A DNA stretch of 64,000 nt from Mycobacterium sp. (GCA_035716165.1 DASTKA010000867.1:15198-79197), one strand, 5' to 3'; shown: positions 27,214 to 37,073, numbered from the stretch's first letter. The notes: a model not told the origin generated them from the sequence alone. Made by a program: numbers and translations.

Positions 27214-27437
27214 TCGAGCGCCTCTGCCGCGATCGATCGAATCAGCGCTTCCTCGTCGGTATTCGCGACGCGCTCCAGGTCAGCACGCGCCCCGGCTTTC
27301 GCCATGCTGTACACGACGCCCTCGCGCACGATCGGGCTCGCGTGCCGCGCCAGCGTGCGCAGGTAGCCGAGCTGCGCCGGTTGGCGCGCGCCGAGGCGCT
27401 CCGCGACGAACGTCAGGTCATGCGGCGGGATCCTCAC
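27210..27437 (-). CDS. Small HEAT-repeat-like protein
   Basis: HASPIVREGVVYSM...DEEALIRSIAAEAL; coupled ORF. Confidence 0.6.
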   Translation of the reverse strand: MRIPPHDLTFVAERLGARQPAQLGYLRTLARHASPIVREGVVYSMAKAGARADLERVANTDEEALIRSIAAEALE

Positions 27438-27622
27438 GACTCGCCTCGCATGTACAGTCGCGCCTCGCGATCCTCATCGAACAAGCGTTCGAGCGGCCGC
27501 CGCGCGTCGTAGAACACGCAACCGTGCTCGGTCTCGTGCCTATCTGCTGGCGTGTGACCAACAGGGAGCGCGCACGGCGAACCATGATCGCAAGGCTTGC
27601 CGCAGACCGAAGTGTCGCTCAC
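27434..27622 (-). CDS. Small Cys/His-rich protein
   Basis: GGAGGAG SD, GTGA overlaps. Confidence 0.6.
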   Translation of the reverse strand: MSDTSVCGKPCDHGSPCALPVGHTPADRHETEHGCVFYDARRPLERLFDEDREARLYMRGES

Positions 27623-27939
27623 GCCGCGGCTCCTCCGCCGTGCCGCAGCCGCAGCAACTCGGCCAGCTCGCGCTCGACCAGCATCGCAACGCCACCCGGC
27701 TCGACATCGACGGCGTCGAGCAGCTTCGCGGAGATCTCGGTCCAGCACGTGACGCCGAACCGATCCCAGTCGTGCATCGAGACGATGCCGGGCTGGCTCG
27801 AGACCTCGATGCGCACCGCGCGGCCATTGATCAGGAACGCACGGGCGCTCTTGCCGTGCGCCGCGGCGATCGGATTGAGCGCCGCCTGCACTGCGGCCAG
27901 CGTCCATTCGGTGGTCACGGGGCTCGTACCGACCATCAT
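27619..27939 (-). CDS. Hypothetical protein
   Basis: ATGA overlap with upstream gene. Confidence 0.6.
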   Translation of the reverse strand: MMVGTSPVTTEWTLAAVQAALNPIAAAHGKSARAFLINGRAVRIEVSSQPGIVSMHDWDRFGVTCWTEISAKLLDAVDVEPGGVAMLVERELAELLRLRHGGGAAA

Positions 27940-28184
27940 TTCGCCACCAGCGCGCGGACCGCGGCGTCCTTGGCCTCGAGAAGCTTGCGCAAGGTCACGG
28001 TGCGCTCCGGGTTGCGCGGCAGAGGAAACTGGATCGCCGTACCGGACGGCATCTCGCCGTTGGCGACGATGATGCGCGCGAGCTCGCAGAACGGCTTGCT
28101 GACAGCCTGCAGGTGCGGCGGCAAATGCTCGTAGGCGAAGAACTGCAGGATGTGCTCCTGCGGCGTCGGCGCGTCCGCCATCAC
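27936..28184 (-). CDS. Conserved small phage protein, Acb2/Tad1-like helical hairpin candidate
   Basis: FFAYEHLPPHLQAVSKPF...LP.NPERTV.LRKLLEAKDAAVRA. Confidence 0.7.
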   Translation of the reverse strand: MMADAPTPQEHILQFFAYEHLPPHLQAVSKPFCELARIIVANGEMPSGTAIQFPLPRNPERTVTLRKLLEAKDAAVRALVAK

Positions 28185-28474
28185 GCACCCCCCGCGGGAA
28201 ACTTCGCCGCCAGCGCCGCATCCTCCGCGCTCTGGTCCTGCCGCAGGTTCGCGTGGAACTGCGCGATCTGCGCCATCATTTGGTCGTGCGTCAGAGACCC
28301 CGCGGCGCCGGCGGCCAGCGTCTGCAGCGCCGCATCGAGCACCTTGAGCGCGGTCGCCGCGCCTGGGCCGCCGATGCCGGTGACGGATTGCGCGACCTCG
28401 ACGACGGCAACGAGTGGCTCGACCTCGGGGGCCAGGGCGCGGATCTTGTCGAAATACTCGGTGAGGGTGCTCAC
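28181..28474 (-). CDS. Hypothetical protein (lysis cassette)
   Basis: GGAGG SD, GTGA overlaps. Confidence 0.7.
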   Translation of the reverse strand: MSTLTEYFDKIRALAPEVEPLVAVVEVAQSVTGIGGPGAATALKVLDAALQTLAAGAAGSLTHDQMMAQIAQFHANLRQDQSAEDAALAAKFPAGGA

Positions 28475-28833
28475 AGCTTACCTCCGGTCAGGTTGGCGAC
28501 TGCCTCGATCGCCGCGTCGATCGCCGCCTTGGCGCCGGCGAGCGACGGGTCGTCGTTCAGGGTGTTCGCGGCATCGAGGGCGCTGATCGCCGCGTCGAGC
28601 GCCTTCCACGCTGGCGCGGTCCGCGCGCGCAGCGCGGTCAACTCGGCCTTGCCGTCGTCGAGCGACGCCGCGGCGGCAATAGCCTCGTCGGCCTTCTGCC
28701 GCTCGTAGGTGCGCAGCGCGGCCTCGGCCGAGCGCACGCCGGTGTCGAGCGAGACGATCGTCGTCGAGCGAGACGTCTGAGTACCGCCGCAGGCGGCGAC
28801 GAACAGCGCAACGGCAAAGAGGATGCGCTTCAC
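28471..28833 (-). CDS. Lipoprotein, possible spanin component
   Basis: MKRILFAVALFVAA-C lipobox, helical body, next to holin. Confidence 0.7.
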   Translation of the reverse strand: MKRILFAVALFVAACGGTQTSRSTTIVSLDTGVRSAEAALRTYERQKADEAIAAAASLDDGKAELTALRARTAPAWKALDAAISALDAANTLNDDPSLAGAKAAIDAAIEAVANLTGGKL

Positions 28834-29075
28834 GATGCACCTCCGGTCGTGTTCTGAGCAGCGACGGCGGCGCTCGCTGCCGCAATCTGCGCGGCCGGCT
28901 TGCCGATGTCCGCGACGCCCTGCGCGCCGACGTAGACGAGCAGAGCGGTCGTGATCTTGTCGACTAGATCGGGATCGAGATGTAGCCCGAGCTTCCCGAC
29001 TCCGTAGACGACGATCGAGGCCATGGCCACGATGAACTTCTTGCTCTCGAGGAGCTCGAGTAGTGCCTGTTTCAC
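28830..29075 (-). CDS. Putative holin (2 TM)
   Basis: SKKFIVAMASIVV...LLVYVGAQGVAD holin-type motif; AAAGGA SD. Confidence 0.7.
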   Translation of the reverse strand: MKQALLELLESKKFIVAMASIVVYGVGKLGLHLDPDLVDKITTALLVYVGAQGVADIGKPAAQIAAASAAVAAQNTTGGAS

Positions 29076-29203
29076 GATGCGGTCCTTTCGATAACAGCGG
29101 ACTCGGCGCGCCGAGTTCCGAGATAGTGACAGGCGTCGAAGAACAGCGTCATGCCGTAGATCACCGCCAGCCAAACGATTCCAATCTTGACTAGTCGCTT
29201 CAT
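29072..29203 (-). CDS. 43-aa single-TM peptide (not in ORF track)
   Basis: MKRLVKIGIVWLAVIYGMTLFF...; overlaps both neighbours by 4 nt. Confidence 0.5.
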   Translation of the reverse strand: MKRLVKIGIVWLAVIYGMTLFFDACHYLGTRRAESAVIERTAS

Positions 29204-29814
29204 GGGGTCCTCGATCGTTCGCGATCCTCGACGCGCGTCAGTCGCTCCACGGCTTTCTCGAGCGCATCGAGCCGCATCTGCACCGCGCGCTCATCGCCGC
29301 CGCGGCTGTAGAGCCAACATCCGACCGCGGCTAGCGTGGTGATCGCGCCGACGCCGAGCCAGGCCAGGAATCGCTTCTTGATCGCGCCCACCGTCTGCAC
29401 ATCGGGCCGCATCCCGGCCACCTCGGCGCGCAGCTGGGCAACCTCAGTGACCAACGCATCGGCGATTTCTCGCGGCGGTCGGCGCAGTACCTGCTCGAGC
29501 TGCGCGAGCTGCCGGCGCTGGCCGCTCTCCTCGGCCTTGGTGGCTTGGCGGCGGATGTAGCGCAGGAGCTTGGCGCCGTCTTCGACGGTCAGCGGCGCAT
29601 CGCTCCGTCTCCGACTGCGACGCACGATCTCGGCCTCTTCGTCTGAGGGGTCGCGATCAAGTAGATCGAACACGCCGGTGTCGATCGGATCCTCGTAGTC
29701 GGTCGGAACCCCCGCCGGATGCGTCGGGCGTCGCACCACTGCCGCCATGCGCAGCGGTGGGCGCGATCGAAACGCCGGGGTGTCTTCGTCCGGTGGCTCG
29801 TCGTCGCGGCTCAC
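29200..29814 (-). CDS. Membrane protein with C-terminal TM and coiled coil
   Basis: FLAWLGVGAITTLAAVGCWLY; lysis-region position. Confidence 0.7.
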   Translation of the reverse strand: MSRDDEPPDEDTPAFRSRPPLRMAAVVRRPTHPAGVPTDYEDPIDTGVFDLLDRDPSDEEAEIVRRSRRRSDAPLTVEDGAKLLRYIRRQATKAEESGQRRQLAQLEQVLRRPPREIADALVTEVAQLRAEVAGMRPDVQTVGAIKKRFLAWLGVGAITTLAAVGCWLYSRGGDERAVQMRLDALEKAVERLTRVEDRERSRTP

Positions 29815-29818
29815 GTCG

Positions 29819-31234
29819 TCACGGCCCCCTGGTCATCAGGGTTCCTGCCGGCCCCGCAGGCGTCAGCACGGCGCTGGTCGGCCACCTGCTCACCGCGAAG
29901 TCCCCCAGATACGACTGCAGCGCGCCTTGGCCGCCGTCGTCCAGATTCGTCGCCGCGGTGCCGAACCAGTTGCTGCCGCCGATGACCTCGCTCACCGTGG
30001 CGGTGCCGCCGATCCCCGACACGGACAGCGCCCGCGTACAGCCGCTGACGGTGTTGCCGCGTAGCTCGAGACGCCCGAATGGATACGTCGGCAGTGTGGC
30101 GCGGCCGACGACTGCCGTGCTGCTGCCTGCGGTGCACACCAGCTGATTGCCGGTCGTCGCTCCGGTGCCGAGTGTCACCTCGGCGGAGCCGGTCGCATAG
30201 ACCAGTCCGGCGGCGCCGTTGGCGGTGAGCGTGTTGCCCAGGAGCGTGGCGCTCGGCTGACCGCCGGCGCCAGTGATTCCGGACACGAGCAGTACGCCGC
30301 GCGCCGCAGTGGCGGCCAGCTGGTTGTCGACCAGCACGGTGTCGGTGCCCCAGTAGAGGAGGCTCGCGTTCGGCGTGGCATTCGTCCCAGTGTTGTCGAG
30401 GAGCACCACGTCGTGGCTGGCCACCACATCGATTGGCCCGTTCAGGACGTTGCCGATGCCGCGGAAGTGATCGCCGCGCGCGACCGCGAGCACGTAGTCA
30501 TTGCTAACGCCGGCGCCGTCGAGCACCGAGTCACGTAGTGAGAAGTGGCTGCACTGTACTGGCTCCAGATCGACTTGCTGCGCGCTGTTGCCGACGAAGT
30601 GCGACGACTCGACAAGCACATTGTCGACGGTGCGCACGCAGCTGATGCCGTCGCGGTGGTTGCCGATCGCGGTCACACTGCGCAGCACGTAGCCGGCGCC
30701 GCCGGCGAGCGACAGACCGTCGCCGGAGAAGTTCTGGAACGTCGTGTCCTCGATGGTGATGCCGGCCGTCGCGAAGAGGCCGGCCCGGTGCTCGTCGGCG
30801 CTTGTCTGCGCGGCGTAGTTGCCGTCAAGCGTGAGATCGATGATGTGCGCGCCGGCGCCGTCGGCCTCGAGCAAGCGCACGCTCGCGATCGGCAGGGCGC
30901 CGGCCTGAAGCAGTGCGCCGGGTCCGCGCAGCGTTACGCCGGCCGGCAGTGAAAGACACCACGCGGCAGATCCAGCACGACCCGCGAGGCAGGTGCCAGT
31001 GATGTCGACCTCGGCGACGCCTGAGCTGAGCGCGGCCTGGATCTCGGCGCGGTCGTCGCGCTCGCCATCGCATGCGGCGCCGAACGCCTGGGGCGTGGTG
31101 ACACCGCTGAGCGCCTCGGAGCGACTCGCGGTGGGCGGCGCTGGCTCGCACGCGGCCAGAAGCAGGACTGCAGCGATCGCGATGCGTGGCACGTAAGCAG
31201 GGTCAGCCGGCACACCGCGGCGGGTCGAAACCAT
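29819..31234 (-). CDS. Right-handed beta-helix (pectin-lyase-like) protein with lipoprotein-like signal; alternative start GTG 31192
   Basis: FGAACDGERDDRAEIQAAL, LTLDGN, GDGL, NHRDGI repeats; LLLAA-C lipobox. Confidence 0.8.
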   Translation of the reverse strand: MVSTRRGVPADPAYVPRIAIAAVLLLAACEPAPPTASRSEALSGVTTPQAFGAACDGERDDRAEIQAALSSGVAEVDITGTCLAGRAGSAAWCLSLPAGVTLRGPGALLQAGALPIASVRLLEADGAGAHIIDLTLDGNYAAQTSADEHRAGLFATAGITIEDTTFQNFSGDGLSLAGGAGYVLRSVTAIGNHRDGISCVRTVDNVLVESSHFVGNSAQQVDLEPVQCSHFSLRDSVLDGAGVSNDYVLAVARGDHFRGIGNVLNGPIDVVASHDVVLLDNTGTNATPNASLLYWGTDTVLVDNQLAATAARGVLLVSGITGAGGQPSATLLGNTLTANGAAGLVYATGSAEVTLGTGATTGNQLVCTAGSSTAVVGRATLPTYPFGRLELRGNTVSGCTRALSVSGIGGTATVSEVIGGSNWFGTAATNLDDGGQGALQSYLGDFAVSRWPTSAVLTPAGPAGTLMTRGP

Positions 31235-31271
31235 GCGCCCAGGCTCGCCGCGGCGCGTGAGTCGGTCGAAA

Positions 31272-31592
31272 TCAGATCGCCGGCACGATGACCACGGTCA
31301 GATTGCGATCGGTCGGGAATGTCTGCGGCCGACCACCGCCGTCAACGCCGTGGAACGTCGCGGCGTACGTGCCGGCGATCGCGGTGTCGCCGCTCTGCCA
31401 CTGGTAGGTCAGGTTGCCGAGCGCGTCGCCGGTGGCAGTGCCCGTGATTACCGTCGAGCCCTTGACCATCCTGAACGTGATCCCGCCGGTGTACGCCGTG
31501 AAGTCGACGGCGCCGCTGAGCTTGAACGCAACCGCGGTCAGCGCGGGCAGCAGATCGCCCTGCCGGATCGGGAACGTCAGCGAATCAGCCAC
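31272..31592 (-). CDS. BppU-N-like virion protein
   Basis: IRQGDLLPAL...YQWQSGDT.IAGTY...TFP motif. Confidence 0.7.
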   Translation of the reverse strand: MADSLTFPIRQGDLLPALTAVAFKLSGAVDFTAYTGGITFRMVKGSTVITGTATGDALGNLTYQWQSGDTAIAGTYAATFHGVDGGGRPQTFPTDRNLTVVIVPAI

Positions 31593-31797
31593 ACGGACCT
31601 CGCTGGATGACCACGCTCACCGCGCTGCCGTCGGGGACGCGCATGGACAGCGCGGGCGTGCAGGCGATCGAGACGACCGAGCTCGTCAGGTGCAGGCAGT
31701 TCGGTTGCGGGTCCGCGAGCACGATCGGACCGCCGGCGTCGCCGAACCAGGCGCCGAACCAGCGGCCGAACCACGTGGTGCCAAACCATGCGCTCAT
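31585..31797 (-). CDS. Small virion-associated hypothetical protein
   Basis: WFG repeats; overlaps both neighbours. Confidence 0.55.
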   Translation of the reverse strand: MSAWFGTTWFGRWFGAWFGDAGGPIVLADPQPNCLHLTSSVVSIACTPALSMRVPDGSAVSVVIQRGPCG

Positions 31798-33032
31798 GAA
31801 TTGTCGTAGGTGACGGTCGGCCGGCCGTCTGCGGAGGTGGTGCCCGTGATCCGGTTCTTGAGGCCGTTGAGGCTCTTGAACACCGGGTTGCTGGTGCTCA
31901 GGCCGGTCAGCACACCGCCGGCGGCGGCGCCGACGATCTGAAGCACGGACTGGACGGTGAACCCCGTCTCGACGACGCCCGCCAGCACACCCGTAGCGAT
32001 GCTCGTGATCGCGCCAGAGACCAGCGACTGCACCGACGCCTTGATGAACCCGGAACCGTCAAGGGAAGCCGGGAGGCGCGTCTGAATGTCGTCGGTATCG
32101 GCCTGCACGCCGGCGACCTGGGTGCTCACGCTGGAGAGCGAACTCGACGTGGCCAACCCGGTCTGAATCTCGGCAACCGCCGAGGCGGCGAGTGCGTTGC
32201 TGTCGATCGCATCGGTCGCAAACTTCGCGCTCGTGATCGCGGACGCAGCGATCGACGAGGCGGTCACCGCGCCGGTGACGATGGACTGGACCGCGGCCTT
32301 CATGTTGCCGGAGCCGTCGAGAGCGGTCGGCAGTCTGGCCTGGATGTCGTCTGTGTCCGCCTGGATGCTCGCGATCGAGCTCGAGGTCGCGAGACCCGAC
32401 TGAATCTCTGCGACAGCACTCGCCGCGAGCGCGTTCGCGTCCACTGCATCCGTGGCGAACTTGGCCGCCGTGATTGCGGAGCTCGCGATCGATGCGGCCG
32501 TGATCGCACCGGCCACGATGCTCTGCACGCCAGCCTTCATGAACCCAGAACCGTCCAACGCTGCGGGCAGGCGCGTCTGGATATCGTCGGTGTCGGCCTG
32601 GATCGAGGACACCGCGGTGGACGTCGCGAGACCGCTCTGGATCGACGTCACCGCACCTGATCCCGCCGTCAACGCGTTGACATCTCCGACGTGCTGCTTG
32701 ACCGACCACCCGATGGTGCGCGCCGAGCCGGTGATCAACTGCATGTTCACCGACCAGCCTTCGTTCACGTCGATGCGCGGGATCCGGAAGATCCCGGTCT
32801 GCACGCCGGTCATATACCCGGTCCACAGCGGGCGCGCGGTACCGCCGTTGACCTTCTCGGTCAGTTCGACGAGGTATTGATCACCGGCGACCATGTTCGT
32901 CTTGTCGTCGATCAGCACTTCGACGGCTCCGGCCGTCGTCTGCGCGGTGAGCGTCGTAGAGCTCGTCATCAGCGAAAACTTCGTCCCGGTGATGCTCGCG
33001 GAGCCCGTCGTCGTGTTGAACGGCGTGCTCAT
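31794..33032 (-). CDS. Tail fibre-like virion protein with about 80-aa internal repeats
   Basis: Three QADTDDIQ.RLP..LDGSG..KA.VQS repeats; A/S/T-rich. Confidence 0.7.
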   Translation of the reverse strand: MSTPFNTTTGSASITGTKFSLMTSSTTLTAQTTAGAVEVLIDDKTNMVAGDQYLVELTEKVNGGTARPLWTGYMTGVQTGIFRIPRIDVNEGWSVNMQLITGSARTIGWSVKQHVGDVNALTAGSGAVTSIQSGLATSTAVSSIQADTDDIQTRLPAALDGSGFMKAGVQSIVAGAITAASIASSAITAAKFATDAVDANALAASAVAEIQSGLATSSSIASIQADTDDIQARLPTALDGSGNMKAAVQSIVTGAVTASSIAASAITSAKFATDAIDSNALAASAVAEIQTGLATSSSLSSVSTQVAGVQADTDDIQTRLPASLDGSGFIKASVQSLVSGAITSIATGVLAGVVETGFTVQSVLQIVGAAAGGVLTGLSTSNPVFKSLNGLKNRITGTTSADGRPTVTYDNS

Positions 33033-33895
33033 CAGCCAACTCCGTAGATCGCCACGCTGTTGTTCGTGTCAGCCGCCGTGGAGCTCTGTGAGCGCGCCCA
33101 GAGTCCGTCACCGGGCGCCACCGTCGAGAACCACAGCTTGCTCGCCTTGCTGAGCGTTTCGACGCTCGAGACGAGAATCGGGCAGTTCGGCACTGCGATC
33201 TTCTTGTTCGATGAGTCGCCCACGCCGATGTCCGCGTCGATCGTGGCCGTGGTCATCGTCGCCGAGTTGATCCCGTAGCCGAACTCGATCTGATAGTACG
33301 GCCTCGTCGCGTTGCTGCCGATCTGTGTCCACGTGCCGTCGCTCGCACCGCCCGGCGTAATCGTCGTCCCTGCGCTCGTGGCGAGCGATACCCCGAACTG
33401 ATCGAGGTACGTGCCCACGAACACATCCTGCGGCCGCGACGGCGCGCCGCGCACACGGCAGAACGCACGCACTGCGGTCACCGTGGCCGAGTTCACGGCA
33501 GCCGCCATCGCCACCGAGGTGCCGGCGCGCAGCCAGTAGCGGAACGTGTACTCGACGCCACCACCGCCGACGTTGGCCACGACGTAGCCCGCCGCCGGAC
33601 CAGCGACCAGATCGGCGACCGAGGTGTACGAGGTGCCGCCAGCCGGATCGACGAGGAACTGGAACACGCTGTCACGCGCCGACCCCGAGATTCCGACGCT
33701 GTTCAGCACGAACGTGATCTCGCAGCAGTCGACCGTCATGCTCGCGCCGCTGATCAGCTGCACCGGCGTGCCGTACGTGTTCTGCGCCGGCGTGATCGAC
33801 GAGCCGAATGCCGCGGCCGGACGCGTGCCGTCCGCGGTGGAGTAGATCGTGACTCCCCACTCGTTCTCCTGGTGACGTGAGCCCGGGTAGCTCAT
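33032..33895 (-). CDS. Beta-rich virion/tail protein
   Basis: ATG 33895 overlaps upstream stop; G/S/T-rich. Confidence 0.7.
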   Translation of the reverse strand: MSYPGSRHQENEWGVTIYSTADGTRPAAAFGSSITPAQNTYGTPVQLISGASMTVDCCEITFVLNSVGISGSARDSVFQFLVDPAGGTSYTSVADLVAGPAAGYVVANVGGGGVEYTFRYWLRAGTSVAMAAAVNSATVTAVRAFCRVRGAPSRPQDVFVGTYLDQFGVSLATSAGTTITPGGASDGTWTQIGSNATRPYYQIEFGYGINSATMTTATIDADIGVGDSSNKKIAVPNCPILVSSVETLSKASKLWFSTVAPGDGLWARSQSSTAADTNNSVAIYGVG

Positions 33896-34128
33896 GCGGT
33901 GCGCAGCAGGCCGAAATTCGCTTCGGGGTTGACCATCTCCGGAATCGGGTCCTGCGTGACGACCGTCAGCGTCCCATCCGGGTTCTTGCTGATCGACGTG
34001 ATGATCACGAGGATCTGAAGCTGCGGATTGAGCAGGGCGAGCGACGAGAACATGTCGGCGTATGCCTGGTACGCCGGCGACGGATCCGCCGGGGAGATCG
34101 CACTCGTCGTGACGTAGGTTGCGGCCAT
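33892..34128 (-). CDS. Small tail-region protein
   Basis: Late promoter motif 38 nt upstream. Confidence 0.7.
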   Translation of the reverse strand: MAATYVTTSAISPADPSPAYQAYADMFSSLALLNPQLQILVIITSISKNPDGTLTVVTQDPIPEMVNPEANFGLLRTA

Positions 34129-34187
34129 GGGGGCAGCGTGCAGCTACGCCGCCCATGGGGTCGAAACCCGCCGCTGTCCCGCCGCTG

Positions 34188-35828
34188 TCAGTACGCGCCG
34201 ACCTTCACGTCGAAGAAGTCCCGCATCAGCTGCACCGTGATCCCGGCCTCGTTGAGCTGTCCCAGGTCTACGCCTGCCACCCGCATAATCATCTTGTTGA
34301 TGTTCAGCTCGGGCCACGTGAGCGTCACGACGCTGCCAGGGCGCAGCTGGTAACCCCCGCGGTTGACAACCAGTGTGGCCTTCACCATCGGTTTACTGAC
34401 GGCCGCGAACTCGCGCGAGCAGATGACTCTTGCGATCGTGTCGGTGCAGGCTCCCGGAAACTGCACGCTCGTGGTCTTCACTCGCTGACCACTGGCTGCG
34501 AGCGCGGCCGCGTCCTGGGCCGGGATAATCGAGTCCCGATACTCGAGATTGCGGTTGGTGTACGTCAGCAGCATCTGGTTCGGGATCTCCGACCAGCCCT
34601 GCACGCTGTACCAGGATGAGCCACTCGGCATGGCGTTGTCCGGGTTGAGATCCATGAGCTGCGTGACGTCGTAGTCGAACCTGACCAGCTTCAGCGTCAG
34701 GAGCCCATTGGTGGGCTCCTGGTAGAGCACCGCATCCATGAACCTGAGCAGCTCGTTGATGATCGTCCCAGCGTCGCTTACTTGATCGAAGAATCGCGAA
34801 TAGCCGAGGCGCTCGCTCTTGAGCGTCGCACTTGCTGCACGGAAGCTCGCCATGTCGAGTTGAGACGAGCTGAATCCAACCTTTCCCCATGGCGAGGTCA
34901 AGATGTCGACCAGGACGGCCGCCGGGTCGCACTCGAACGCCAGTGGATCGGCTCCGGTGTTGCTCGGCCATCCCGTGCCAAGATCGGCGGCAGTCGATGC
35001 GGTCTGCGCCAAGATCTCGAACGAGAAGCCGCTGACGCTGGAGGACTGTCCAAGTCCCGCATGGAGATACGTCGCAACCTGGTTGCGCATCCCAGGCGTC
35101 GACAGCAGGTCTCCAGACTGAACAATCGCAGTCAAAGGCGACACGTTTCCGTGCGAGCCGTTGTATGAGTAGTAAACTCGGTCCGGGTATTCTCCGCCCT
35201 GAGGGAGTGGAAGCACGATTCCGTCCTTGAACTGGACGTTGATCGGCTGCATATCGGTGCCGTCGAGCGGGAACACTCCGTCACTGGCCGCCGGATAAAA
35301 CTTCCCTGCGACACTGAAGAAATCGCGCCTAAGGCTGATCATCAGATCGCCCAGGAATGGATGGCCAGCACCGGACATATCCGGGTGCGACCACTCGCCG
35401 CCGTAGTACGTGCCGACAGCGGGACCGAAGGTCAGCGATACCCTGGCATCCCCGTACCACACAGATATGAGCGAAACATTTGGAGAGCCCGCTCCGTAGG
35501 CAGCAGGCGGTATACCAAGAGTGAATATCGCGTCGAAGCTGTAATGATCGGTGATCGGGTTGGTGTTGTCATTGCCCATGTCGGTTTCCCCGCCGGGGCC
35601 GGGGTCAAACGGGTTGATGAAATCACCAGGCTCCAGATGGTTTCCGGACCACACCATCACTGGGTTCTGTACTCGGCACGTTCCGTAGAGCAGTGGAAGC
35701 GGTGTTCCCTCACTCGCTCGAGGGAGGGTCATCTTCTGCCAGCGAAGCGCGGGCGGTTGGTCCTCGAGCCACCTATGGTAGATGTAGCTCCCGAGAACAA
35801 TCCCCAGCTGTACGATCTCGAGCCACAT
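34188..35828 (-). CDS. Tail tip / central tail protein (GTA-like phage tail domain)
   Basis: P.ASEGTPLPLLYGT; DPAAVLVDILT..WG; LTLKLVRFDYD; LRPGSVVTLTWP. Confidence 0.8.
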   Translation of the reverse strand: MWLEIVQLGIVLGSYIYHRWLEDQPPALRWQKMTLPRASEGTPLPLLYGTCRVQNPVMVWSGNHLEPGDFINPFDPGPGGETDMGNDNTNPITDHYSFDAIFTLGIPPAAYGAGSPNVSLISVWYGDARVSLTFGPAVGTYYGGEWSHPDMSGAGHPFLGDLMISLRRDFFSVAGKFYPAASDGVFPLDGTDMQPINVQFKDGIVLPLPQGGEYPDRVYYSYNGSHGNVSPLTAIVQSGDLLSTPGMRNQVATYLHAGLGQSSSVSGFSFEILAQTASTAADLGTGWPSNTGADPLAFECDPAAVLVDILTSPWGKVGFSSSQLDMASFRAASATLKSERLGYSRFFDQVSDAGTIINELLRFMDAVLYQEPTNGLLTLKLVRFDYDVTQLMDLNPDNAMPSGSSWYSVQGWSEIPNQMLLTYTNRNLEYRDSIIPAQDAAALAASGQRVKTTSVQFPGACTDTIARVICSREFAAVSKPMVKATLVVNRGGYQLRPGSVVTLTWPELNINKMIMRVAGVDLGQLNEAGITVQLMRDFFDVKVGAY

Positions 35829-36721
35829 TAGGTCTGCACCACGATGCCGAGACCGTTTGGCGCCCACGGGTTTGGCGCGGCATTCATCTTGGGATATCCG
35901 CCAAAGTTGTACTGATTGTTAAATTTGGCGACGCAGGTCGCGAATGTGTGATCGCACCCAACCTCCAGCTTGACCGTGCTGGGAATCGCCAATGACGAGA
36001 ACGGGGATTTGATCCCGAAGGTGGTTCCTACTTGGGACAAGATCATGCGTGATTCGCCTGTCGAGAATATGATGATTCGTCCGAAGTTGAACCACCCGTC
36101 AGGAAAGCTTCCGATGCTGTCCATCGTGTACGTGCGACCATCGCTGGACACGCCGATGGCCACGGTGGCGACCGTGAACGCCGTACGCAGTGGTCCGCCG
36201 GATCCGGTTGGCCCTCCGCTGGCCGGCCATGCTCCGCCGGGATTTGGCGCGCACTGCCGGTCGAACAACATGTGGGCACATGTTCGAGTCGCCTGTACCG
36301 TCGGTAACTGCGTCTTGAACGCATCGTTGGTCAGGCTCGGAACGCGCAGCAGTGCCGTGTGCCCGTCGATGGAAAGCGACTGAGCGAACCCGGTCGCTTG
36401 CTGAACCGTTTGTCCACTGACTGACTGCAAGCGAACAACGGTTACTTGTACGCTCTGCTCGGGAATCCCTGCAGAGCAGTAACTCTGAACGAGCGGGTGC
36501 GAGATCGGTAGATACACGATGATTTCGTCTTGGGACGAGTCGGTCTCCATGGAGAGCTTGCCGCGAGACATCGTGGTAGCCGTGTATGTGAAACCGCCCA
36601 GCGACACATCCATCACGTTCGAAGTGATTCGATAGGTCGCCGTGTTCGTGACGATCGTGAACAGATCGATCGGACGGTTCTGGTTCGTCGATCGCTCGTC
36701 TGCGTCGAACGTCGACGCCAT
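35828..36721 (-). CDS. Baseplate hub protein (DUF2163/BR0599 type)
   Basis: C.H.LFD.QC and GCDHTFATCVAKFNN..NFGGYP motifs. Confidence 0.85.
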   Translation of the reverse strand: MASTFDADERSTNQNRPIDLFTIVTNTATYRITSNVMDVSLGGFTYTATTMSRGKLSMETDSSQDEIIVYLPISHPLVQSYCSAGIPEQSVQVTVVRLQSVSGQTVQQATGFAQSLSIDGHTALLRVPSLTNDAFKTQLPTVQATRTCAHMLFDRQCAPNPGGAWPASGGPTGSGGPLRTAFTVATVAIGVSSDGRTYTMDSIGSFPDGWFNFGRIIIFSTGESRMILSQVGTTFGIKSPFSSLAIPSTVKLEVGCDHTFATCVAKFNNQYNFGGYPKMNAAPNPWAPNGLGIVVQT

Positions 36722-36722
36722 A

Positions 36723-37073
36723 TCAGAACGCCCCCGCGATGTGATGCCACCGAGCCGTGGTGGCGTTGTAGCGATACCAAACCGAAGCGAGCGGTCCCGT
36801 CAGCTTGTTGCTGTGCGAGAAGTTCAAGAAGCGATTGGCCACGGTCGCCTCCAGTGAACTGTCTTGAAGGAACACGATGTTGTTCGATCCCTCGTTGACG
36901 AGGCACACCACCGCGCCGTCCACGTTGCCGCCGTTGCTCAGTAATCCGATCACGTTGACGTCGAGGGTCGACGTCATGTGCACGAAGGTCACCGCGCCGA
37001 GGGCCAGTTGGATCTCAGTGTTCGTCGCTGTAATGGTTAGGCTGAGCACCGTGCCGAACAGAGGCAGTCCCAT
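36723..37073 (-). CDS. Small tail protein paralogous to the C-terminus of the upstream tail protein
   Basis: DGAVVCLVNEG...WYRYN..TARW; has its own late promoter motif. Confidence 0.7.
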   Translation of the reverse strand: MGLPLFGTVLSLTITATNTEIQLALGAVTFVHMTSTLDVNVIGLLSNGGNVDGAVVCLVNEGSNNIVFLQDSSLEATVANRFLNFSHSNKLTGPLASVWYRYNATTARWHHIAGAF

